DNA of 32,000 bases from Acaryochloris marina MBIC11017 (GCF_000018105.1 NC_009925.1:1-32000); one strand, 5' to 3'. Positions 1-8,051 are shown, counted from the first letter of the stretch. Numbers and translations are program-made. The notes: generated by a model not told the origin, from the sequence alone.

Positions 1-699
1 AATAAATACTTACAGGTATTCCACCTGAAACTCTTTCTATGAATGACTTTCAAGTCTATATCCTATATTTATCCTCAATAAAATATGCACAATAGATCTC
101 TACTGAGAAAACTTTATATTTTAGAAGCAATTCATCTCCCTTTTAAAATACAAACTTGCATAGGATTGCCATAAATTAATGCACCTAAAATTAAGTCGTT
201 TCTATGAAATTTATTTTAGGTGTGAAATTATATATTAGGTGTACAATTAGCCATACCATTCCGACAATATCGACATAGGAATATTGAGTAGAACAAGATG
301 TACCATTATTAGCTTCTGGGTTGGCATAAGGGAATACAGGCAAAGACTTAAACCTATTCGGACTCTGTAGAGCTGGCTCAATATTCAAAAGAATAATGTC
401 CCTCGATACAAGCATCAGAATAGAGATCGCGCTCTTTACACCTATTAAATACATCATCTAAAACAACTGCATATTGTTCTATGCTCAAGCTGTAAGCATC
501 AATATCTAGGCAAGCTCATTGACTAAAACAGTCTCTATCGAAATGTTCCAGCTCAATTCAAGGTCGAGATAGTACACCTATTAAATTAATTTCATACCTA
601 TAAATTCGAGATTCCCAGTAGTCTATTGGTGACTACATCAATCGGGCAACACCACCATGGCAAATATGCCGAGGGCAAGAAGAACAAAGGGCACGGGAG

Positions 700-830
700 T
701 CATCGGGACGCGAGCACAATACGAAAACCGATGTTGTTGTTCGTGTTGTCGGGATTGTTGTGGTTGCGCGTGGCAGACCGACAGTTCCTCGGATTGTTGT
801 TCCAAGACCCGCCGTGTTTTGGATGTCTGT
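700..830 (-). repeat. DGR template-repeat (TR)-like segment, non-coding
   Basis: The minus-strand reading gives ...[38 protein letters not shown], the CLec/FGE-sulfatase-type C-terminal motif used as TR/VR in cyanobacterial DGRs. 11 of 23 codons in 733-801 are AAC/AAT. The frame is closed by a stop about 50 codons upstream (853-855), so it is not the end of a long ORF. It lies about 100 bp downstream of the RT remnant on the same strand. Confidence 0.6.
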
Positions 831-930
831 CCCGCTTTGACCATAAGGAGTTTTAGGGGTGGTTCGTGAATGTCAATGGCCTAAATTAACGATCGCAAGC
901 TGGATACGCAATCTCTGGATGTCGCTTAAA

Positions 931-1581
931 TCAGGTGTCATCAAAGATTCGTCGTCTCAGTTGGTAGGTATCACCATGTTTAAGGTGGGCTGCCCAACTC
1001 TGTAAGCACTGAATAAGATCTTGAGGGTCACATTGATAGGTTCCATAGGCTTGTTGCAGGTTTTTGATTCGTTGACGACCTCGGCGGAGGTTGTCGTTTC
1101 TGACTCGGATGCGGTCATGCAGCACTCAGAAGCCGACGAAGTTGGCTCCTTGTTGAGTTTCAAATTGCTGACTTTTTACGGGATGGATCTTGAGGCGTAA
1201 GGTCGCTAAGTAGTTTTCAATGGAGGTGCGGCAGTGTTGGAGATATTGCCATTCATCTGAGAATAAGGCGAGGTCATCTACGTAGCGTAAATACTTTGAA
1301 CAACGCAGGTTCTCTTTAACGTAATGATCAAAGCTATTGAGATAGACGTTGGCAAAGAATTGGCTGGTTAGGTTACCGATGAGCAACCCTCGTTTGCGAG
1401 TCAGTGGGGTTAGCAGGGTGCCTCCAGGAAAATATTCAATGGAAGGGTCTTGTTCATTGCTGTTGTCGATAATTTTATCGATCAACCAAAGGGTTGAGGG
1501 ACAACGAATCTTCTTGTGCAGGATATTTTTGAGGATGTCTAGATCGATGGAGGGGAAGTATTTGCGGATATCGCACTGCAA
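931..1581 (-). pseudogene. DGR-type reverse transcriptase remnant (5'-truncated, internal in-frame TGA)
   Basis: ORFs 1126-1581 and 931-1125 are in the same frame, separated only by TGA at 1126-1128 (...ANFVGF*VLHDRIRV...). The DGR hallmark IGNLTSQ is at 1360-1380 and YVDD at 1273-1284. The C-terminal QSWAAHLKHGDTYQLRR tail is present. The product starts at RT motif 3 ([13 protein letters not shown]). Fingers motifs 1-2 are absent, and the upstream frame closes at 1612-1614. Confidence 0.8.
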
Positions 1582-1626
1582 GATATATCGGCTGCTACAC
1601 AGCCCTACTTTTCAAAAGCTTTAATC

Positions 1627-2319
1627 TCAAACCTCGAAGTTAAATCCCTGTTGTTTCAATAGCTCGTATTTGCTTTGGTCGAACTGATAGAGTCTGGCAG
1701 CACGATGAGCAACTCCAGTTTGTTGCTCATCAAGGGGAATTAAGAGATCCATTTTTAGCAATTTCTTACGAAAGTTCCGTTTATCTAGAGGATGGCCAAG
1801 AACTGTTTCGTAAAGCTGCTGAATTTGGGTGAGTGTAAATTTTTGCGGCAGTAGTTCGAAGCCAATCGGTTCGTAGCGAACTTTGCCCTGCAATCGCCGG
1901 ATGGCCTGTTTCAAGATTTGAGCATGATCAAAAGCTAGAGATGGCAAATTCTCAATGGAGTACCAGGCTGCGTCTTCAGCATCAGTAGAGGCTTGTAAAG
2001 GATATTCGATGAGGTTGATTAGAGCGTAGTAGGCAACGGAGATGATGCGATCGCGCGGATCTCGACCCAAATCGCCAAAGGTATAGAGCTGCTCTAGGAA
2101 AATACCCTGAACCCCCGTTTCTTCTCGCAGCTCCCGGCGAGCCGCGTCTTCTAAAGATTCATCCATCTGCACAAAGCCTCCGGGTAATGCCCACTGATGC
2201 TGGAAAGGGGGAATCTGGCGCTGAATCAGTAGGACTTTGAGATCGATCTGTTCGTCTAGGCCAAACACCACGCAGTCAACGGTAAGACCAGGGCGCGGAT
2301 AATCATAGGTATAGGGCAT
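1627..2319 (-). CDS. nrtR: NrtR-family Nudix-related transcriptional regulator (Nudix + C-terminal winged helix)
   Basis: The Nudix box [24 protein letters not shown] is intact (GX5EX7REUXEEXGU). It is followed by a roughly 90-aa wHTH-like C-terminus ([28 protein letters not shown]). Two GT-N7-AC palindromes lie in its divergent upstream region. Confidence 0.8.
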   Translation of the reverse strand: MPYTYDYPRPGLTVDCVVFGLDEQIDLKVLLIQRQIPPFQHQWALPGGFVQMDESLEDAARRELREETGVQGIFLEQLYTFGDLGRDPRDRIISVAYYALINLIEYPLQASTDAEDAAWYSIENLPSLAFDHAQILKQAIRRLQGKVRYEPIGFELLPQKFTLTQIQQLYETVLGHPLDKRNFRKKLLKMDLLIPLDEQQTGVAHRAARLYQFDQSKYELLKQQGFNFEV

Positions 2320-2334
2320 AGGATAGGGGCAATC

Positions 2335-2363
2335 TTGACATCGTGTAAAAACGACACTATGAT
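2335..2363 (+). promoter_or_regulatory. Sigma70-like promoter for the rightward cluster
   Basis: -35 TTGACA (2335-2340), exactly 17 bp spacer, -10 TATGAT (2358-2363). The spacer is filled by operator 1. Confidence 0.55.
2340..2360. promoter_or_regulatory. NrtR-type operator 1 (21-bp palindrome, GT-N7-AC core)
   Basis: ATCGTGT-AAAAACG-ACACTAT. The arms are complementary at 6 of 7 positions. It sits between -35 and -10. Confidence 0.6.
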
Positions 2364-2376
2364 GGTTTTATTCAAG

Positions 2377-2397
2377 TTAGTGTCGTTTTTACACTAT
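2377..2397. promoter_or_regulatory. NrtR-type operator 2 (21-bp palindrome, GT-N7-AC core)
   Basis: TTAGTGT-CGTTTTT-ACACTAT. It is the near-exact reverse complement of operator 1 (a 17-bp perfect inverted repeat between 2343-2359 and 2379-2395). It lies just downstream of the predicted TSS and 7 nt before ATG 2404. Confidence 0.6.
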
Positions 2398-2403
2398 AGA
2401 GCA

Positions 2404-3255
2404 ATGCAACAGCATTTTGAAGTCGCGGCCGGGTCTATTTTGGGCCAGAACCATCGACGAGTGAGTCAGAATAATCAAGATGCTTGGGCAAGTCTGACGC
2501 TAGGTCAAGCAACCATTGCGGTGGTATGCGATGGGTGCGGAAGTCGACCTAAAAGTGAAGTTGGCGCGCAGCTTGGGGCTCAGTTAACGGTGCATGCTCT
2601 TGCCCAACTCGTAGCAGAGGAGCAACCGGAAGACGAGCTGTTTTGGCAGATGTTGAGGAAGCACCTATTAGGAGGGATGCAGACTTTACAGGAGCGGCTA
2701 GGAGCAGATTCGCAGAGGCTGGTGGATTACTGGTTATTCACTCTGATGGGGTGTTTAGTGACCCCAGAAACAACCTGGATTTTTGGCCTAGGGGATGGGG
2801 TATTTGCCATCAATGAGGAGTTCCATCAGATTGGCCCATTTACTAACAATGCCCCGCCCTATCTGGCCTACAGCTTGCTATGGAACACCGAGAAGGGCCT
2901 CGATCCGTTTCAACTCCAGATTTATGCTCAACACCCCACAGAACAGGTGCAGTCTGTGCTGATTGGGAGCGATGGAGTGGGGGATTTAGTTAATGTAGCA
3001 GAAGATTATCTCCCTGGGAAGTCAGAGCTGGTAGGACCACTGAATCAGTTTTGGTGTTGCGATCGCTATTTCCAGAACCCTGATCAGGTGCGACGACGGC
3101 TCGCTCAAATTAATCGAGAGGTAATACAGCCAGATTGGCATACCCGGCAGGTGCGGAAGATACCCGGGTTATTACCAGACGACACTACGTTAATCAGTAT
3201 TAGACGCAAAGGGACAAAAGAAGGAGGTAGCGATGCTAGGTGCAATTGCAGGTGA
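2404..3255 (+). CDS. PP2C-like Ser/Thr phosphatase (PP2C_2 / PphC-YegK type)
   Basis: AVVCDGCGS and LIGSDGVGD metal-binding Asp motifs. I moved the start from the tracked 2335 to ATG 2404, because 2335-2403 is occupied by the promoter and operators. Confidence 0.7.
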   Translation: MQQHFEVAAGSILGQNHRRVSQNNQDAWASLTLGQATIAVVCDGCGSRPKSEVGAQLGAQLTVHALAQLVAEEQPEDELFWQMLRKHLLGGMQTLQERLGADSQRLVDYWLFTLMGCLVTPETTWIFGLGDGVFAINEEFHQIGPFTNNAPPYLAYSLLWNTEKGLDPFQLQIYAQHPTEQVQSVLIGSDGVGDLVNVAEDYLPGKSELVGPLNQFWCCDRYFQNPDQVRRRLAQINREVIQPDWHTRQVRKIPGLLPDDTTLISIRRKGTKEGGSDARCNCR

Positions 3256-4009
3256 CATCATTGGGTCGGTATTTGAGCCCCATTGGCGACGAATTAAACG
3301 GAAAGAGTTTGACCTATTTAGTAAAAAATCAAAATTTACAGATGATACGGTGCTGACCATTGCAGTTGCTGATGCCATTCTCCATCAGAAAGCATATGCC
3401 CATACCATCAAGGACTATTATCGGCGTTATCCCAAAGCTGGCTATGGCAAGACTTTTCGGGAGTGGGGAGCATCAGACAGTATGGAGGCGTATCACAGTT
3501 GGGGAAATGGTTCGGCCATGCGGGTCAGTGCCGTTGGGTTCGCCTTTGATGATTTAGAAACGGTATTGCAGGAGGCGGAGCAGAGTGCAGCCGTTACTCA
3601 TAATCGTCCAGAAGGGATTAAAGGGGCCCAGGCAACGGCGGCAGCGATTTACCTAGGGCGGCAGGGACGATCTAAAGCGGAGATAAAAACCTATATCGAA
3701 ACCACCTTTGGCTATGACTTGCGTTTGAGCCTGGAAGAAATTCGGCCCCAGTATCAATTTGATAGTTCCTGCCAGGGGTCAGTGCCCCAGGCGATTACGG
3801 CGTTCCTAGAGTCGACAGATTTTGAGGATGCCATTCGCAATGCCGTATCTCTGGGAGGCGATAGCGATACCCAAGCCTGTATTGCGGGCGGTATTGCCCA
3901 AGGATTCTATGGTGGAGTGCCAAAACAGATTGCCCAGGAGACCTGGGCGCGATTAGATGCTGATTTGCAGCAGGTGGTAGAGGCATTTATGGCAACTTAC
4001 CAGATTTAA
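3233..4009 (+). CDS. ADP-ribosylglycohydrolase family protein (ARH/DraG-like)
   Basis: Motifs GDIIGS, FTDDT, WGNGSAMR and GGDSDTQA. GGAGG (3223-3227) lies 5 nt before the ATG. The start overlaps the phosphatase gene by 23 nt. Confidence 0.85.
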   Translation: MLGAIAGDIIGSVFEPHWRRIKRKEFDLFSKKSKFTDDTVLTIAVADAILHQKAYAHTIKDYYRRYPKAGYGKTFREWGASDSMEAYHSWGNGSAMRVSAVGFAFDDLETVLQEAEQSAAVTHNRPEGIKGAQATAAAIYLGRQGRSKAEIKTYIETTFGYDLRLSLEEIRPQYQFDSSCQGSVPQAITAFLESTDFEDAIRNAVSLGGDSDTQACIAGGIAQGFYGGVPKQIAQETWARLDADLQQVVEAFMATYQI

Positions 4010-4170
4010 TAGGTGCATTAAAGACGTATCGCGATACACCTTGCTTTTAGGTGTATTAGCTGAATGTACGCCAACCTCTTTCTCCAATAAGGATTAAAAG
4101 CAATACCATAAAACATCAATTCGTATCGTCAACTGGTATTGCGATACGGGAACCTACTTTCTCAATTTTT

Positions 4171-6042
4171 ATGGACGTTTATATCAATCAAAAACGAGTT
4201 CGTCTGCGGCCTCAGCAAGCCATTGGTAAGGGGGGAGAAGCGGATGTGTATCGTCTCAATCGAACAACGGCGGTGAAGCTGTTTAAACCGCCCAGTCATC
4301 CAGATTTTGAGGGCATGGTTGAGGCTCAGCAGGGTGCACGGGAACGGTTGGCACTGCATCAGCAAAAGCTACGGCAGTTCCCCCAGTCTTTGCCTGAGCG
4401 TGTCATTTCCCCCCAAGCGTTGGTGATGAATCAAAATGGACAGCGCATTTTGGGCTATACGATGCCACTGCTCACCCATGCAGAGGTGCTGTTACGGTAT
4501 TGCGATCGCCGCAGGCGGGTCAAGGACCATTGCAGAAGGCAGGTCGGAGACCATCGCAAATTCCAGCAGGCGGTTGATACTCAGGCGGTAGTTGACCTGT
4601 TTTTAGATCTACACGAGACCGTCTCCAAGCTGCATTTTGCAGATGTGGTAATTGGGGATTTTAACGACCTCAATATTTTGGTCCAGGGCACCCAGGCATT
4701 TGTGATTGATGCCGATTCATTCCAGTTTGGTTCGTTTCCCTGTTCGGTCTTTACAGCCCGGTTTGTCGATCCACTGCTGTGCGATCCGCAAGGGACACAA
4801 CCGATATTATGTCGCCCCTATTGCTGGGAATCGGATTGGTACGCCTTTACGGTGATGTTGATGCAGGCACTGCTGTTTGTTGATCCCTATGGAGGGGTTT
4901 ATAAACCCTCTGATCCGGCTCAGCGATTACCACAGGCGGCGCGACCACTACATCGGGTGACGGTGTTTCATCCGCAGGTGCGCTATCCCAAGCCAGCTTT
5001 ACCTTGCGATCACTTGCCGAAACCCTTGCTGGATCATTTTCGCCAGGTGTTTGAGCAGGATTGGCGGGGGGAGTTTCCGCGATCTCTATTGGAAAATTTG
5101 CGCTGGCATACCTGTCCGTCCTGTGGGGTGGAGCATGCTCGCTCTGCTTGTCCAAGCTGTGTGAAATCTGTGGGGATCCCGATGCCGCCAGGTGCGGTTC
5201 AGGTGACAACGGTGCTGCAAACGAATGGAGTGATTTTGGCGGCGACGTTAACGGCGGGGCAGCTACAGTGGCTGGTCTGGGAGGAAGGACAGTTTAAGCG
5301 AGAAGACGGAACGGTGGTGCTCACGGGTGATCTCAGTCCTGAGTTTGACTGGCATCTCCAGGGTCAAACCACCTGGATTGTCCAGCAGGGTCAAGTGGTG
5401 GAATTGCCAACCACGGAGCGCATTGCGGTGGATAGCTATCAAGGTCGCCCCCAGTTTGCGGTCAACGATCGGCATAGTTATTGGTTCAACCAGGGACAGT
5501 TGATGCGAGACCATGCCGTAATGGGGGAAGTATTGATCGGACAAACTCAATTTTGGGTGGGGCCTCGGTTTGGTCTGGGCTTTTATCGAGCTGGACAATT
5601 GAACGGAGCCTTTGTCTTCGATGCTGATCGTTCAGGCATCAACGATCGGCTGTCTTTGTCTATGGAAGCGGGGACAGTGGTGGCGGCCCACTGTACGTTT
5701 AGTCAGTCCTTCGGGTGGCTCTTTGTCACCCTGCAGGCCCAAGGGGTGCTGCAACAACGCTGTTGGGTGATTGCGCCGACGGGTCAGGTACTAGCGCAGG
5801 CGGAGGTAGGGGAATGGGCCGCAACGGCATCCGGCCCTTGTCCCCACTGGGCGGTGGAAGAGGCGCTGTTCGTGGCCACGGATGAGGGCATTATCCGGGC
5901 GCAGGTGGAGCAGGGGCAGGTGATCGTACAGCGACGATTCCCGGAAACGGAGCCCTTTGTACAGACGGGCTGTCAGTTGTTGGCGGCCCCCCAGGGACTC
6001 TATACGGTCGGGTCCCAAACGATTCAGTTATTGCAGTTATAG
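4171..6042 (+). CDS. Protein kinase-like protein (YegI / TerY-P-triad type) with Zn ribbon and beta-rich C-terminal domain
   Basis: G-loop [10 protein letters not shown], Lys in AVKLF, catalytic loop [12 protein letters not shown], and FVIDADSF as the DFG equivalent. CPSC-X8-CPSC is at 5113-5160, followed by about 290 aa rich in beta-strand-like repeats. Confidence 0.75.
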   Translation: MDVYINQKRVRLRPQQAIGKGGEADVYRLNRTTAVKLFKPPSHPDFEGMVEAQQGARERLALHQQKLRQFPQSLPERVISPQALVMNQNGQRILGYTMPLLTHAEVLLRYCDRRRRVKDHCRRQVGDHRKFQQAVDTQAVVDLFLDLHETVSKLHFADVVIGDFNDLNILVQGTQAFVIDADSFQFGSFPCSVFTARFVDPLLCDPQGTQPILCRPYCWESDWYAFTVMLMQALLFVDPYGGVYKPSDPAQRLPQAARPLHRVTVFHPQVRYPKPALPCDHLPKPLLDHFRQVFEQDWRGEFPRSLLENLRWHTCPSCGVEHARSACPSCVKSVGIPMPPGAVQVTTVLQTNGVILAATLTAGQLQWLVWEEGQFKREDGTVVLTGDLSPEFDWHLQGQTTWIVQQGQVVELPTTERIAVDSYQGRPQFAVNDRHSYWFNQGQLMRDHAVMGEVLIGQTQFWVGPRFGLGFYRAGQLNGAFVFDADRSGINDRLSLSMEAGTVVAAHCTFSQSFGWLFVTLQAQGVLQQRCWVIAPTGQVLAQAEVGEWAATASGPCPHWAVEEALFVATDEGIIRAQVEQGQVIVQRRFPETEPFVQTGCQLLAAPQGLYTVGSQTIQLLQL

Positions 6043-6053
6043 GAGTGTTTGAG

Positions 6054-7085
6054 ATGATGTTGACGCAATTACCGATTCCTGATTTTTTTGACCCTCAGCG
6101 GGTGGGAGAGGTGTGGCGGGTTCCTTACCAGGAACGAGCCCAACAGGCCCAGGACTGGGCTAACCAACAGGGGATACAGCCAGCAGCGAAGGATAAAACG
6201 CGCGTCTGCCTGATGGCCATTGATGTCCAAAATACGTTTTGTATTCCCGAGTTTGAGCTGTTTGTGGGGGGACCATCCGGGATGGGGGCGGTGGAGGATA
6301 ATCGCCGACTCTGCGAGTTTATCTACCGCAATTTAGGGACGATTACGGAAATTGCACCGACGATGGATACCCATACAGCGATGCAGATCTTCCATGCTGA
6401 TTTCTGGGTGAATGATCGCGGTGAGTCCCCCGCACCACTCACGATGATTCCTCTGGCGGAGGTGGAGCAGGGGGCCTGGAAGGTAAATCCGGCTATGGCC
6501 TATAGTCTGGGCAATTATATGGCGCTGCAGAATTTTGCCCGCCATTATGTTCAAAGTCTTTCCCAAGAGGGCAAATATCCCCTGACAATTTGGCCCTATC
6601 ACTCCATGTTGGGAGGCATTGGTCACGCCCTAGTGGCGGCGGTGGAGGAGGCCTGTTTTTTCCATAATCTGGCCCGCCATAGTCAGACCCATTTTGAAAT
6701 TAAGGGGGGTAATCCGCTGACGGAGAATTACTCGGTACTCCGACCGGAGGTTCTCGATGATCCCAAGGGGCGGCCCATTGCCCAAAAGAATACCCGATTT
6801 ATCCAAAAGCTGCTGGATTTTGATGCGGTGATTATTGCAGGGCAAGCCAAGAGTCACTGTGTGGCCTGGACCATTGACGACTTGCTGACGGAAATTCAAG
6901 CCCATGACCCGAGTCTGGCCCAGAAAATCTACTTACTAGAAGATTGTTCTTCGCCGGTGGTGGTGCCAGGGGTGGTCGATTTTACCGAGCAGGCGAATGA
7001 AGCGTTCCTCCGGTTCCAGCAAGCGGGGATGCATGTGGTGCAGTCTACGGAGGCGATCTCAACTTGGCCTGGAATCCATCTTTAG
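6054..7085 (+). CDS. pncA: Nicotinamidase-like isochorismatase-family amidohydrolase (long form)
   Basis: AIDVQNTFC (Asp), [11 protein letters not shown] (metal Asp/His), [14 protein letters not shown] (Lys, PncA-like KG...SYS) and AGQAKSHCV (nucleophile Cys). The AGGAG SD (6041-6045) overlaps the kinase stop codon. ATG 6054 is preferred over GTG 6045. Confidence 0.7.
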   Translation: MMLTQLPIPDFFDPQRVGEVWRVPYQERAQQAQDWANQQGIQPAAKDKTRVCLMAIDVQNTFCIPEFELFVGGPSGMGAVEDNRRLCEFIYRNLGTITEIAPTMDTHTAMQIFHADFWVNDRGESPAPLTMIPLAEVEQGAWKVNPAMAYSLGNYMALQNFARHYVQSLSQEGKYPLTIWPYHSMLGGIGHALVAAVEEACFFHNLARHSQTHFEIKGGNPLTENYSVLRPEVLDDPKGRPIAQKNTRFIQKLLDFDAVIIAGQAKSHCVAWTIDDLLTEIQAHDPSLAQKIYLLEDCSSPVVVPGVVDFTEQANEAFLRFQQAGMHVVQSTEAISTWPGIHL

Positions 7086-7271
7086 GCAGAAGGGTCAGGA
7101 TCAACTGTGTGCATAAGGTGTAAGGATGGGCTGCTAGCATTTCTCAATAATGCGTAAATAATCTTTTTTTAATCCACTTGGCCTCTTTTGAGGTTTGGGA
7201 GCGATTGTGATCGCTTCACAGGATACGTTTGTCTTTTTTTTCAATGTTTTGGTTTATTCAAGGAGGATGGG

Positions 7272-8051
7272 ATGTCTCAAGTTCCCAATTTAAATACGTT
7301 ATTCCAATCTGCCCAAGCGGATGGGGTACTCTCTAATGCATCGATGCAGGCTCTCAATGTTGTCGATATTGGGGCGCAAATCCAGGCGGGACTGGGAACA
7401 CCGGTGGATGATGTGATGGCCAGTGAGGTGGTGCTGGTGACGATTATGCCGGATGATTCGGGGTCGATTCGGTTTGCGGGCAATGGGGCGGTGGTCCGAG
7501 CGGGGCATAATATGGTGCTGGATACCTTGGCTATGTCCCCGCAACAAGATCAGATTCTGGTTCACAACCGCTATCTCAATGGGGCAGTGCTTTATCCCTA
7601 CTGTCCTGTTGACCAAGCGCTTCGGATGGATCAACACAATTATGATCCGAATCTAGGTACGCCGCTCTATGACCAAACCCTGGTGTTACTCGCTACGGTG
7701 CTGGCGAAGGCCCAAGCTTTTATCGATAATGGAGTGCCGGCACGGACGGTGTCGCTGATTATTACGGATGGGGCGGATGCCCATTCTCGGCGCTCGGTAC
7801 GCGAAGTCAAGGGGGTGGTCGAGGATATGCTAAGAACGGAAGACCATATTATTGCGGCGATGGGCATCAATGATGGACAGACGGACTTTAAACGAGTGTT
7901 TCGAGAGATGGGGGTGCGTGATCAATGGATCTTGACGCCCGGCAATTCTCAAAATGAGATTCGTAAGGCGTTTCAACTGTTCTCTCAGTCGGTATTGAGG
8001 GCCAGTCAGTCGGCGCACAACTTTAATTCCTGGGGCGGTTTTGGACCTTAA
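7272..8051 (+). CDS. von Willebrand factor A (vWA) domain protein, TerY/YegL-like
   Basis: MIDAS DDSGS at 7452-7466, then TPLYD and ITDGADA. AAGGAGGA lies just upstream of ATG 7272. The tracked N-terminal extension from 7188 was discarded. Confidence 0.75.
   Translation: MSQVPNLNTLFQSAQADGVLSNASMQALNVVDIGAQIQAGLGTPVDDVMASEVVLVTIMPDDSGSIRFAGNGAVVRAGHNMVLDTLAMSPQQDQILVHNRYLNGAVLYPYCPVDQALRMDQHNYDPNLGTPLYDQTLVLLATVLAKAQAFIDNGVPARTVSLIITDGADAHSRRSVREVKGVVEDMLRTEDHIIAAMGINDGQTDFKRVFREMGVRDQWILTPGNSQNEIRKAFQLFSQSVLRASQSAHNFNSWGGFGP

Noticed and set aside
191-457. 88-aa minus-strand ORF in the AT-rich flank
   Set aside because: I recognise no motifs, it lies in low-GC DNA where ORFs are rare but uninformative, and there is no SD or partner gene. 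I left it unannotated as a gene.
626-869. Plus-strand ORFs encoding Cys-rich peptides ([14 protein letters not shown]...) that look like a metallothionein or RiPP precursor
   Set aside because: They are the antisense reading of the AAC-repeat template region, where GTTGTT tracts read as Cys and Val codons. The minus-strand [10 protein letters not shown]...IGFR reading next to a DGR RT explains the sequence better.
931-1581. RT remnant as a retron or group II intron RT
   Set aside because: Motif 4 reads IGNLTSQ (DGR type) rather than QG...SP. There is no maturase/X or En domain, no intron RNA structure is evident, and a TR-like repeat is adjacent.
2335-2403. N-terminal extension of the phosphatase ORF (TTG 2335 start in the track)
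   Set aside because: The extension coincides with the -35/-10 elements and both operators, and its residues are not phosphatase-like. ATG 2404 is the credible start.
4498-4570. Arg/His-rich insert ([23 protein letters not shown]) in the kinase as a possible compensated frameshift
   Set aside because: Both alternative frames run into stops within this stretch (TGA and TAG near 4570-4590), so the tracked frame is the only open one. It is probably a lineage-specific loop that contains a HIP1 site.
4847-8018. Multiple 60-120-aa antisense or off-frame ORFs inside the kinase, pncA and vWA genes (for example 4847-5209, 5263-5598, 6333-6626, 6630-6905 and 7299-7637)
   Set aside because: These are shadow ORFs typical of GC-rich coding DNA. 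They have low-complexity Pro/Arg/His-rich translations and are fully nested in genes with clear domain signatures.
1627-8051. Locus as a tellurite-resistance (Ter) cluster, because of the TerY-P triad
   Set aside because: No terD/terZ/terA/terB/terC-like genes are present in the window. Only the triad is shared.
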